NCBI GenBank assembly: GCA_007130045.1 | Contig: SLTG01000053.1 | Coordinates: forward strand, 35,922-99,921 | Reading direction: 5' to 3' | DNA length: 64,000 nt | DNA from: Opitutales bacterium | GTDB taxonomy: Bacteria > Verrucomicrobiota > Verrucomicrobiia > Opitutales > T3Sed10-336 | Part shown: positions 52,411 to 61,938 of the stretch, piece after piece | Layout: each line of letters starts with the position of its first letter | Position numbering within the stretch: the stretch's first letter is position 1 | Position numbers and translations under genes: made by a program | The notes under the pieces: model-generated | The model's database searches: none | What the model saw: the letters and a program-made list of their open reading frames with translations, nothing else | Told to the model about the DNA's origin: nothing

Positions 52411-54636
52411 ATGTTTATAGAGACCATGGGTGCCATGAAAACTGAGATATCCACTTTCTGTAAAGAATTCGCCGAAGTCCTTGCCCCGTTTAACCAAGCG
52501 CTCCAGGAGACGATTGAAGACGTTCGGAGCAAACCGGACAGCCATGCGCTCAAGCATCCTCTTTCCGGTCTCTCGGATGTCCATCACCGGATGAAGACTC
52601 TGGTGGATAAGATTGAGCAACAACAGGCTTACGTCATCATCTTCGGCCCTCTCAAGAGCGGAAAGTCCACTCTGATGAATGCGATCAGTTCGGCGTACGT
52701 CAGTGAGGTCACCTCGCTGCCGGCCTATCCCTGCCTTGTTTACGTCAAGCACAGCGAGGAACGAAAATACGAGTATACCAGTTACAACGGGAAGAAGGAG
52801 GTCTCCTCCGACGGCGCCTACATGCAACGAATGGTCAGGGACGGTCACCAGAAACTGGCCGAGCGGATCCGCCAGGTGGAGGAGAATGGCGAGGCATTTG
52901 ATCCCGGGATTCATTATCCGGAGGCGATCCGGCGGATCGACGTCGAAATTCCCGCCAAGAACCTGAAGGACTCCCTGACCGTCCTGGTGGACACTCCGGG
53001 GCTCTACAGCAAAATGAGGTTCGGCTACGACCTGATGACCCGTGAGTTTCGCAACAGCGCCGCGTGCGCCGTGTTCATTGTGAAGACCGACAACCTTTTT
53101 CTCGAGCAGGTTTTCGACGAATTCAACGATCTGCTCGGTCTTTTCAGCCGGATTTTCCTTGTGGTCAATATCGACTCGAACAAACGCGATCTCGGGCCGG
53201 ACGGCGCCCTGCGCCCCAGCATGGAAAGTGAGAATCCCGACCGGATCATTCGAGCGTTTGAATCGCTCGCGATGAGTGCTCCCCTGCGCAGGGCGGCGGA
53301 CGAAGGCCGGCTCCGTATTTACCCTATCGATCTCTTGAGTTCCGCGGCCTATTCACTCAAGGAAGCGGAGCTCGGTGATGCCGCTGAAAGCGTGTCTCCA
53401 GAGTCGGACGACGAAGATGGCGGGGAGTCCGAGAGCCGGACCGCCCCGGCAACCGGTATCGGCACGACGGAGCCGCCTCATGAGCCGTTTTCGGAATTCA
53501 TGACGGACCTTACCGATTACCTGAACAGCAATGATTACCTGGTGGAGTTTATGAGCGACAGCCTTCGTCAGGGCGCGACATTGACCGACGATATCCGGAG
53601 GCATTGTTCAGGGGAATCGTTGCGGGGATTCGTCGAGGAAAAAACGTCCCTTGAGGAGGCGATCAAGAGGGAAAAGGAGCGCCTCGCCGCAGTTGAAAAA
53701 CTGGAAAACCTGGAATGGGAGGCCGCGTTCGATGATCTCCGTGTGAAAAACAGGGACGGGGCGATTGCGTTTTCGAAGGAGGTCAGCGCCGAGCTGCAAA
53801 ACTCCCTCACCGATGCGTTGCAGGGATGGTTTGATTCGGACGAGAGTTTGCAGGAACTCCAGGAGGAGCGCTTGAATGCGGTGCTGACCCAACAGGAAGG
53901 GCGAATCATGGACAACGCCATCGAACGCGTCCGTTCACTGACCGGCGAGCCGTTTGGCGGAATGCGCCTCGATACGGAGTCGTTGCGCGCGCTCGACCGA
54001 CTGGAATTGTCGATCGAGCCGATCCTGAAATCGAGCAGTGAAACGGTAATTGAATCCGGGAAAAAGCCCTCATCCTGCGCGATCCATATTTCCAGCGAAA
54101 AGATTCCCGTGCGAAAGAATTTCTGGGACTGGATCCTCTTCCGAAGCCAGTCGGCTGTCCGGCGGAGCGTGTTCGGACCCACCGAGGACCCGTCGGTGCG
54201 GATTCAGGAAGGCGCCAAGAAAAAGCGCCTCGGCGAACCTGCAAGGGAGGCGCTGAACAGTATTCTGGAAACCCATTGCCAAAAGCTCTTCCCCGACCTT
54301 CCGCGGGAGTACTCGGATCATCTGCTTGACGAGTATGTCCGGCTGTTCAGCGCATCCGTGCGAGAGGAAATCAACGGAATCAAGAGCGACCTCAACAGCA
54401 ATCTTCCCGATCTCGAACACCGTTTGGATTCCAATACTGAGATCCAGGCGCTTCTCGAGCGCATCAGCAATCTTTCGGTCGAGGTCAACGATTCCATCGG
54501 CGAGCTCAGGGAGCGTCATGCGACCGTGGTACAACAGACTCCCTCGAATTCGGATGTCGAAGAGGAAGAGGAAGAAGAGGCTTCCGGGCGGGAGTCCTTC
54601 GAGGGCGACGGTGAAGAAGGAGCGCGCGCCGGCTGA
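52411..54636 (+). CDS. Bacterial dynamin-like protein (large GTPase), member 1 of a tandem pair
   Basis: G1 GPLKSGKS (52645-52668), G3 LVDTPGL, G4-like VVNIDSNKRD and a long helical stalk. Hydrophobic patch NFWDWILF. The tail carries a poly-Glu run. The start is ambiguous (TTG 52366, ATG 52411/52426/52435). Confidence 0.85.
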   Translation: MFIETMGAMKTEISTFCKEFAEVLAPFNQALQETIEDVRSKPDSHALKHPLSGLSDVHHRMKTLVDKIEQQQAYVIIFGPLKSGKSTLMNAISSAYVSEVTSLPAYPCLVYVKHSEERKYEYTSYNGKKEVSSDGAYMQRMVRDGHQKLAERIRQVEENGEAFDPGIHYPEAIRRIDVEIPAKNLKDSLTVLVDTPGLYSKMRFGYDLMTREFRNSAACAVFIVKTDNLFLEQVFDEFNDLLGLFSRIFLVVNIDSNKRDLGPDGALRPSMESENPDRIIRAFESLAMSAPLRRAADEGRLRIYPIDLLSSAAYSLKEAELGDAAESVSPESDDEDGGESESRTAPATGIGTTEPPHEPFSEFMTDLTDYLNSNDYLVEFMSDSLRQGATLTDDIRRHCSGESLRGFVEEKTSLEEAIKREKERLAAVEKLENLEWEAAFDDLRVKNRDGAIAFSKEVSAELQNSLTDALQGWFDSDESLQELQEERLNAVLTQQEGRIMDNAIERVRSLTGEPFGGMRLDTESLRALDRLELSIEPILKSSSETVIESGKKPSSCAIHISSEKIPVRKNFWDWILFRSQSAVRRSVFGPTEDPSVRIQEGAKKKRLGEPAREALNSILETHCQKLFPDLPREYSDHLLDEYVRLFSASVREEINGIKSDLNSNLPDLEHRLDSNTEIQALLERISNLSVEVNDSIGELRERHATVVQQTPSNSDVEEEEEEEASGRESFEGDGEEGARAG

Positions 54637-54683
54637 CGGACTGAAATCGTGCTCTTGCAAAGGGTTCCGGTTTCACTCAACAT

Positions 54684-56045
54684 GTGGCTGCCGTGAAAGA
54701 TCTCCATGACGAAACAGCCAACTCCGTTCAAGAACTGTATCGCAAATCCATCGATCCTCTGGCTCGGAAATTTGCTTTCGAAAAACGACCGGCGGACGGG
54801 GAGATTTCCGGAGGACCACTGGTTCTCTTTGTCGGCAATCATTCGTCGGGAAAATCCACTTTCATCAATTTTCTACTAGGCGAACCCATTCAGCGCACGG
54901 GAATGGCGCCCACTGACGATTGCTTCACGATCATCCGGCACGGGCGGCACAGGGAGGAGAAGGACGGTCGCGCGATCGTTTCGAACCCCGAACTTCCGTT
55001 CGGCGGAGCGTCGCACATCGGACCGGATTTCCTCTCCCATTTTAAAATGCGCCTGCTTCCGAACGAGTTTCTGCGGGACGTGACCCTCGTCGATACGCCG
55101 GGGATGATCGACGCGGCCGATCCCGAAGCCACGCGGGGATACGATTTTTCATCAGTGGTGCGGTGGTTCGCGGAGCGCGCGGATCTCGTGCTCGTCTTCT
55201 TCGATCCCGAGCGTCCCGGAACAACCGCGGAAACGATGACCGAGTTGACGGAGTCGCTGGGACGTATCGACCACAAGCTGCTGGTGGTGATGAACAAGAT
55301 GGACCAGTTCCGGAGCCTGCGGGATTTTGCGCGTTGTTACGGAACGCTCTGCTGGAATCTTGGAAAGGTGATCGCCAAGAAAGATATTCCGCAGATCTAC
55401 ACCACGTTTGTGCCGGTCAAAGGAGCCGCGGAATCGGCGCTGGCTCTGACCGATTTTGCTCAGGCCCGCGACGAATTGGTGCAGGAGATCAAACGCGCCC
55501 CGGTGCGCCGGCTCGACAATATCCTGACCCAGGCGAGCATGTACGGCCGCCGATTGAGGATGTACGTGAAGATCATCAACGAGGCCCGCAAGCGATTGGT
55601 TCGGTATCGGTCGCTGCTTCGGAGCGCTCTCGTAGCGATTCTGGTCGCCGGTCTCGGTGCCGGAGGGGCGTTCATGATGGAGGAGGCCTGGGTGCCGGCC
55701 ATTGTCATTTCGGTGGCTGCGGTCGCCGCCGTTGCAGGTGGATATATCGGATTTAAGGAGTTGATCCGCCGCAAGGAGAAGCAGTTGATAGGGGGCCTTG
55801 ATCCCATTTTCGAGCAGGTTTATAAGCGCGACCTCGTGGTGGGCAACAGGGAGGACGATTTGATCCTTCTCTGGAAGGAAGTGCGTCCATCGATTGTTTG
55901 GACCCTGGAGAACCTCGGATTGCTCGCGCTTCCCCGCCTGAAGGGATCCGAATTGTCCCGGCTCGATGAAGCCCTGAAAACGCAGATTCCAGAACTCCGC
56001 GCCCGCCTGCATCGCAAGCTGGAGTCGAAGCCGGTGGGGTATTGA
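54684..56045 (+). CDS. EHD-like dynamin-superfamily NTPase with internal hydrophobic hairpin, member 2 of the tandem pair
   Basis: G1 GNHSSGKSTF (54834-54857), MAPTDDCF switch I, LVDTPGM, RGYDFSSVVRWFAERADLVLVFFD, NKMD and CYGTLCWNLGK. It is collinear with my recollection of the human EHD1/2 G-domain. A hydrophobic segment lies at ~55624-55755. Confidence 0.88.
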   Translation: MAAVKDLHDETANSVQELYRKSIDPLARKFAFEKRPADGEISGGPLVLFVGNHSSGKSTFINFLLGEPIQRTGMAPTDDCFTIIRHGRHREEKDGRAIVSNPELPFGGASHIGPDFLSHFKMRLLPNEFLRDVTLVDTPGMIDAADPEATRGYDFSSVVRWFAERADLVLVFFDPERPGTTAETMTELTESLGRIDHKLLVVMNKMDQFRSLRDFARCYGTLCWNLGKVIAKKDIPQIYTTFVPVKGAAESALALTDFAQARDELVQEIKRAPVRRLDNILTQASMYGRRLRMYVKIINEARKRLVRYRSLLRSALVAILVAGLGAGGAFMMEEAWVPAIVISVAAVAAVAGGYIGFKELIRRKEKQLIGGLDPIFEQVYKRDLVVGNREDDLILLWKEVRPSIVWTLENLGLLALPRLKGSELSRLDEALKTQIPELRARLHRKLESKPVGY

Positions 56046-56196
56046 GGTGCCCGCTGCGACCGGATCGACTGCGCCCGGCGCGGTGCTTACGGGTGGAACG
56101 GGCCTCAACGGGTGGTTTTCTCAAACAGTCGAGGCCGGCCGGTCGGAAAAAACTTTCCCCTCCAGACGTTTTGTAAGACAGTCACTTTACTCTGTC

Positions 56197-57159
56197 ATGG
56201 AAAGGATTCTCCTCACTACCACTTCGTTTCAAGATACGCCGGGACCGCATCACGAGCTGCTGGAAACAGCCGGGTACGAGATTGTCCGCGAGCGCGGTCC
56301 TCTGCCGGAGAGCCGCATGCTGGAACTCGCCGGGGAGGTCGACGGGTTTCTTTGCGGCGACGACGCCATCACCCGGGCCGTCATTGAAAATGCCCTGCCG
56401 CGCCTCAGGGTCATCAGCAAATACGGCATCGGCCTCGACAAGGTCGATGTCGATGCAGCCACCGAAAAGGGCGTGCCGGTTACATTTTGCCCGGGCGTGA
56501 ATCACACAACCGTTGCGGAGCACACTATCGGGCTCCTCCTGGCCGTTTACCGTCACATCGTCACCGAATGCAACCACGTGAGAAGCGGCGAATGGAAGCG
56601 GCTTACCGGGCACGACCTGATGGGTAAGACGATCGGTATCGTCGGAATGGGCCGCATCGGGAAGGAGGTGGCCGTGCGCGCCCGGGCCTTCGGAATGACT
56701 CTTCAGGGATTTGATCCTTACTGGGACGACGACTTCGCCAAGAAACATAAGGTCCGGCGCGCCGGATCGCTTGAGGAGATTTTCAAAACCGCCGAAGTAA
56801 TCAGCCTGCACACCAACCTGACCGACGAAACGCGTCACATGATTGATGCGGGTGCGCTGAATCTGATGAAAAAAGAGGCGGTGCTGCTCAATTGCGCCCG
56901 CGGGGAATTGGTGGACGGCGAGGCGCTCGCCGCCGCCCTCAACGACGGACGCATTGCCGGATACGGCGCCGATGTGCTTGAACGGGAGCCGCCGCCGGCG
57001 GATCATCCGCTCCTTTCCTGTGAATCGGCGGTGATCACACCGCACATCGGTTCCCGCACGTATGAGAGCGTGGTACGCCAGGCGACGATGGCTGTCGAGA
57101 ACCTGATAGCCGTGCTCAGCGGAAAGGAGCCGCGCGCCCAGGCGAACAAACCCATCTAG
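56197..57159 (+). CDS. D-isomer-specific 2-hydroxyacid dehydrogenase (PGDH-like)
   Basis: [12 protein letters not shown]-binding motif and the catalytic NCARG..D..HIGS pattern. The start is taken at [11 protein letters not shown]. Confidence 0.9.
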   Translation: MERILLTTTSFQDTPGPHHELLETAGYEIVRERGPLPESRMLELAGEVDGFLCGDDAITRAVIENALPRLRVISKYGIGLDKVDVDAATEKGVPVTFCPGVNHTTVAEHTIGLLLAVYRHIVTECNHVRSGEWKRLTGHDLMGKTIGIVGMGRIGKEVAVRARAFGMTLQGFDPYWDDDFAKKHKVRRAGSLEEIFKTAEVISLHTNLTDETRHMIDAGALNLMKKEAVLLNCARGELVDGEALAAALNDGRIAGYGADVLEREPPPADHPLLSCESAVITPHIGSRTYESVVRQATMAVENLIAVLSGKEPRAQANKPI

Positions 57160-57180
57160 CAACGGACCGACGGTTTAACC

Positions 57181-58272
57181 ATGGCTGAAACCTATTACAT
57201 TGTTCCGGAAAGGGACCACCACGACCTTGTCGCCGCCGCATATCGAAACCGCGGATACACGGAAACGGAAGGAGAGGACGCGGCGCGGTTTTGCGGTGAG
57301 GCGGCGCGGCACGGAATCCGCACGCACAATGCCATCAAAGCCCTGCACCTCGATCACCTCTTCGGCAGCGGCTCCCGGGGTTGCGTTCCCGGGGCGGAAA
57401 TCGAAGTTCTGCACAGCCGCTTTGCGGCTTCGTCCGTCTGGAACGCGAACCGCAAGCTCGGGCAGTCGGTCGCCTATCGCGCCATCGAAACCTGTATGGA
57501 GCTGGCCGACCGATATGGCGTGGGAATCGTCAGCGTGGACAATGCCTTTCATTACCTTTGGGGCGGCGGGTACGTGATGGAAGCGGCGAAAAAGGGCTAC
57601 ATTGGCTACACGAACTGCACGGCCGCCCTGGCCGAAGTGGTTCCGTTCCTCGGCAAGATCCCCACGCTCGGCACGAATCCCCACAGTTGGGGCTTTCCCA
57701 CCGTCGAGGCCCTCGGGTATCCGATGGTGATCGACTGGGCGACGTCGGTCGTCGCGAAGGGACGCGTGCAGCAGTTGAAGCGCGAAGGCAAGGCGTTGCC
57801 GGCCAACGCGGCCGTGGATGCCGCCGGAAATCCCACCACCGACCCCGCCGAAGCCGTTGCCCTGCTGCCTTTCGGAGCGCACAAGGGGTACGGGCTCAGT
57901 CTGATCAACGAAGTCGTCGCCGCACTCATCGGCGGTTCCCTGCCGACCTTGCGGAGTCGCTGGGCGGACGACGGAGACAAGCACACCCCGAACTTCTTTT
58001 TCCAGGTGATCCACCCGGACGCCCTCAACGGAGGGAATTTCGCCAGGGGGCGCACGCAGGCCGAGAACGTCAAAGCGGTGCTGGAGGACATTTTCAAGGA
58101 CAGCAACCGCGACTGCGTTATTCCCGGCCAGATCGAAGCCGAGGCCGCCGAGCGTTCCGCGAAACAGGGCGGGCTTTTGTTTTCCGCCGCGGAGATCGAG
58201 GCTTTCAATGAAATCGCCGCCGAATGCGGACGCGAACCGTGGGATTCCTCCGCATTCAAGACGACGGCATAA
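57181..58272 (+). CDS. Ldh_2 family (malate/L-lactate/sulfolactate-type) oxidoreductase
   Basis: Typical Ldh_2 sequence (..GIRTHNAIKALHLD.., ..NPHSWGFP.., ..HKGYGLSL..). Confidence 0.88.
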   Translation: MAETYYIVPERDHHDLVAAAYRNRGYTETEGEDAARFCGEAARHGIRTHNAIKALHLDHLFGSGSRGCVPGAEIEVLHSRFAASSVWNANRKLGQSVAYRAIETCMELADRYGVGIVSVDNAFHYLWGGGYVMEAAKKGYIGYTNCTAALAEVVPFLGKIPTLGTNPHSWGFPTVEALGYPMVIDWATSVVAKGRVQQLKREGKALPANAAVDAAGNPTTDPAEAVALLPFGAHKGYGLSLINEVVAALIGGSLPTLRSRWADDGDKHTPNFFFQVIHPDALNGGNFARGRTQAENVKAVLEDIFKDSNRDCVIPGQIEAEAAERSAKQGGLLFSAAEIEAFNEIAAECGREPWDSSAFKTTA

Positions 58273-58314
58273 TCAGGAATCCCCGCACAGAACCTGTTTC
58301 AATCAAGACCGTTT

Positions 58315-59415
58315 ATGACAGCGATAAAAATCAAACCTGCAGATTCCTGCAAATACGACCTGCTCGCCTTGGGCGAGGTTATGTTGAGACTCGATCCGGG
58401 CGAAGGCCGGGTGCGGACGGCACGGGGCTTTCGGACGTGGGAGGGAGGAGGCGAGTACAACGTCGCCCGTGGACTCCGGCGGTGTTTCGGCCTGCGCACG
58501 GGAGTTGTCACGGCCTTTGCCGACAACGATATCGGTCGCCTGATCGAGGACTTCATCCTCCAGGGTGGCGTGGATACCTCGTTCATTCGCTGGGTGCCGT
58601 ACGATGGCGTCGGGCGCACCGTTCGAAACGGGCTGAATTTCACCGAGCGCGGGTTCGGAATCCGCGGGGCCGTCGGCGTATCGGATCGCGGATCGACCGC
58701 CGCCTCGCAGATCAAGCCCGGCGATATCGACTGGAACGATATTTTTGGAAACCAGGGCGTGCGCTGGTTCCATACGGGCGGGATTTATGCCGCGCTTTCC
58801 GAGAGCAGCGCCGCCGTGGTTGAGGAAGCCGTCGAGGCCGCGAACAAACACGGCACGATCGTATCCTACGACCTCAATTACCGTCCCTCCCTGTGGAAGT
58901 CGATCGGCGGACAGGAAAAGGCACGGGAGGTCAACAGGCGCATCGCGAAATATGTCGACGTCATGATCGGCAACGAAGAGGACTTCACGGCTTGTCTCGG
59001 GTTCGAGGTCGAGGGAGTGGACGAGAACATATCCGCAATCGAGGTCGAAAATTTCAAGAAAATGATTTCCCTCGTTGTGAAGGAATTTCCCAACTTCAAG
59101 GCGACCGCGACGACTTTGAGAACGGTCAAGACGGCGACTATCAACGATTGGGGCGCAATCTGCTGGCACGACGGGAACTTTTTTGAAGCCACTCATCGCG
59201 AGAACCTGGAAATTCTCGATCGCGTCGGCGGAGGAGACAGTTTCGCCTCGGGATTGATCTACGGTTTCCTCGCCACCGGCGACCCGCAAAGAGCGGTCGA
59301 GTACGGCGCCGCCCACGGCGCGCTCGCCATGACCACGCCCGGCGACACGTCGATGGCGAATAAAGCCGAAGTCGAGAAAATCATGGCCGGAGGCGGAGCC
59401 CGTGTTGTAAGGTAG
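58315..59415 (+). CDS. kdgK: PfkB-family sugar kinase, 2-dehydro-3-deoxygluconokinase-like
   Basis: DLLALGEVMLRLDP N-terminus and DRVGGGDSFASGLIYG anion-hole motif. Confidence 0.85.
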   Translation: MTAIKIKPADSCKYDLLALGEVMLRLDPGEGRVRTARGFRTWEGGGEYNVARGLRRCFGLRTGVVTAFADNDIGRLIEDFILQGGVDTSFIRWVPYDGVGRTVRNGLNFTERGFGIRGAVGVSDRGSTAASQIKPGDIDWNDIFGNQGVRWFHTGGIYAALSESSAAVVEEAVEAANKHGTIVSYDLNYRPSLWKSIGGQEKAREVNRRIAKYVDVMIGNEEDFTACLGFEVEGVDENISAIEVENFKKMISLVVKEFPNFKATATTLRTVKTATINDWGAICWHDGNFFEATHRENLEILDRVGGGDSFASGLIYGFLATGDPQRAVEYGAAHGALAMTTPGDTSMANKAEVEKIMAGGGARVVR

Positions 59416-59492
59416 CCCGTTACACGCTTAACCGACCAACGCCAGGCATTGAGCATTGAACTTCGAAACCATAAACTCTGAACTTTAAGCAC

Positions 59493-60278
59493 ATGGCTAA
59501 TAAATATTTGACGGACCTCTTTTCACTTAAAGGCAAGGTGGCCGTGGTCATCGGCGGGACCGGCGAGCTGTGCGGCCATATGGCCGAAGGGCTGGCCGGC
59601 GCGGGCGCCGAGGTCATCCTTGTCGGACGAAGCGTTGAGAAAGCGAAGAAACGTCTGGCCTCCATCGAGAAGCTCGGCGCGAAGGCCAGCTTTCTCTCCG
59701 CCGACGTAAACGCGAAAAGCAGCCTAGATCAACTCCTCCGCGATTGCCTGGAAACCTCAGGGAAAGTGGACATCCTCGTGAACGGCGCCGGCGCGAATTC
59801 GCCGACCCCGTTTCTGGAGATTTCCGAAGAGGAATACGATCGGCTGATGGCCGTCAACCTGAAAGCCGTCTTCTTCAGTTGCCAGATATTCGGGAAATAC
59901 TTTGTCGAGCGCGGCAAGCCTGCGTCGATTATCAACGTCGGCTCGATGTCCGGCGTCATACCGATTTCCAGAGTGTTCACGTACTCGGTCACGAAGGCCG
60001 GCGTCCACAACCTTTCCAAGAACCTCGCGCGCGAGTGGGCGGAAAAGGGGATCCGGGTCAATACCCTCGTTCCGGGGTTCTTCCCCGCCGAGCAGAACAA
60101 AAAGGTGCTGACGCCGGATCGTGTGGAAAGCATCATGGCCCACACGCCGATGAATCGCTTTGGCAAACCCGAGGAGTTGCTTGGGGCGACGCTTCTCCTC
60201 GCGTCCGAAAAGGCGGGCTCGTTCATCACGGGCGAGGAATTGATCGTCGATGGCGGCTTCGCGTCGATGACGATCTGA
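59493..60278 (+). CDS. SDR-family oxidoreductase (UxuB/fructuronate reductase-like)
   Basis: [10 protein letters not shown] cofactor motif, YSVTKAG catalytic YxxxK, and context next to uxaC and kdgK. Confidence 0.85.
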   Translation: MANKYLTDLFSLKGKVAVVIGGTGELCGHMAEGLAGAGAEVILVGRSVEKAKKRLASIEKLGAKASFLSADVNAKSSLDQLLRDCLETSGKVDILVNGAGANSPTPFLEISEEEYDRLMAVNLKAVFFSCQIFGKYFVERGKPASIINVGSMSGVIPISRVFTYSVTKAGVHNLSKNLAREWAEKGIRVNTLVPGFFPAEQNKKVLTPDRVESIMAHTPMNRFGKPEELLGATLLLASEKAGSFITGEELIVDGGFASMTI

Positions 60279-60306
60279 ATCGGGGGCAGGACAACGACAG
60301 ACGACG

Positions 60307-61725
60307 ATGAAACCTTTTATTACAGACGATTTCCTCCTGGAAACCAAAAGCGCGCGCGAACTCTACCATGAGTACGCCGAAAAAGAGCCGATTTTCGATT
60401 ATCACTGTCACCTGCCTCCCTCGGAGATCGCCGAAAACAAGTCCTTCCCGAATCTCGGGGCGATCTGGCTTGCCGGCGACCACTACAAGTGGCGGGCGAT
60501 GCGCGCGAACGGCGTTGAGGAGCGGTACTGCACCGGCGACGGCGACGACAAGGAGAAGTTTCTGGCCTTCGCGCGGACCGTTACCAGGGCGCTCCGCAAT
60601 CCGCTCTATCACTGGACCCACCTCGAACTGAAGCGGTTTTTCGGAATCGACAAACTCCTCAACGAAGATACCGCCGAGGAAATCTGGGAGGAAACCCGGG
60701 AGAAGCTGGCAACGCCGGAGTTGTCCGTGCATGGAATCCTGAGAAGCAACCGCGTCTCCGTTATCTGCACGACGGACGATCCCGTCGATACCCTGGAACA
60801 CCATCAACGGATCGCAATGGACGGCTCGCTGAAGACGCGCGTTTACCCTGCATTCCGCCCCGACAAGGCGCTCGCGATCGACCGGCCGGAGGAGTTCAAT
60901 GCCTGGACCGACAAGCTCGCCGCGGCTTCCGGCATGGATTGCGGGAGCTTCGACGGCTTTATCGACGCGCTGAAGCAGCGCCACGATTTTTTCCATTCTC
61001 AGGGGTGCCGCCTTTCCGACCACGGCATGACCCGCTGCGATAACGAGGACTGCACCGATTCGGAAGCGCGGGAGATCTTCGGGAAAGGCCGCGCCGGCAA
61101 GGCCGTCACACCCGGTGAGGCCGCCAGGTTCCGGACATGGATGATGGTCTTCTTCGGGCATCTTGATGCCGCCAACGGTTGGACCAAGCAGCTTCACCTG
61201 GGCGCGATGCGCAACAACAACACTCGCCTCTTCGGGAAACTGGGTCCCGATACCGGCTTGGATTCCATCGGGGATTACCGCCAAGCGGAAAGCCTTGCCG
61301 GTTTCCTTGACCGCCTCGACCGGACCGACCAGCTTCCGAAAACGATCCTCTACAACAACAACCCCAACGACAACTATATCTTCGCCGCCATGATCGGGAA
61401 TTTCCAGGACGGCAGCATTCCGGGCAAGATGCAGTTCGGAAGCGCCTGGTGGCACTTGGACACAAAGGAAGGGATGCAGTGGCAGTTGAACGCCCTGTCG
61501 AACCTCGGGCTGCTGAGCCGGTTCGTCGGAATGCTCACCGATTCCCGCAGCTTCCTGTCGTTTCCTCGTCACGAATACTTTCGCCGCATTCTCTGCAACT
61601 TGATCGGTCGCGATGTCGAGAACGGGGAACTGCCCCGCGACATGAAGTTGCTCGGAGGCATGGTTCGCGATATCTGCTACCGCAACGCCGAAACCTATTT
61701 CGGACTGGAAACCGGCAAAGCGTAG
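60307..61725 (+). CDS. uxaC: Glucuronate isomerase
   Basis: MKPFITDDFLL..IFDYHCHLPP..DHYKWRAMR, the canonical UxaC N-terminus. Confidence 0.95.
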   Translation: MKPFITDDFLLETKSARELYHEYAEKEPIFDYHCHLPPSEIAENKSFPNLGAIWLAGDHYKWRAMRANGVEERYCTGDGDDKEKFLAFARTVTRALRNPLYHWTHLELKRFFGIDKLLNEDTAEEIWEETREKLATPELSVHGILRSNRVSVICTTDDPVDTLEHHQRIAMDGSLKTRVYPAFRPDKALAIDRPEEFNAWTDKLAAASGMDCGSFDGFIDALKQRHDFFHSQGCRLSDHGMTRCDNEDCTDSEAREIFGKGRAGKAVTPGEAARFRTWMMVFFGHLDAANGWTKQLHLGAMRNNNTRLFGKLGPDTGLDSIGDYRQAESLAGFLDRLDRTDQLPKTILYNNNPNDNYIFAAMIGNFQDGSIPGKMQFGSAWWHLDTKEGMQWQLNALSNLGLLSRFVGMLTDSRSFLSFPRHEYFRRILCNLIGRDVENGELPRDMKLLGGMVRDICYRNAETYFGLETGKA

Positions 61726-61938
61726 GGGAGGGAGAATGCTGACCAGCGGCGTCGCGTTTGCGCGGCCCGCCCCAACGGACAGCCGCTTCGGTTCCCGAAG
61801 GAAACCAACGGCTTGAACTGGCTTCGGATCGCGATCGAACGTCCCTGATTTCCCATCCGCGTGACGACATTCCATTTCCCGGCGGCACGCGAACACCCTC
61901 TTGACGCTATCGTGTCGCCGGGTCATGAGTAAAGGTTC

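Noticed and set aside
60226-61926. 566-aa minus-strand ORF opposite uxaC
   Set aside because: The plus-strand frame is an unmistakable glucuronate isomerase. The antisense translation has no family features.
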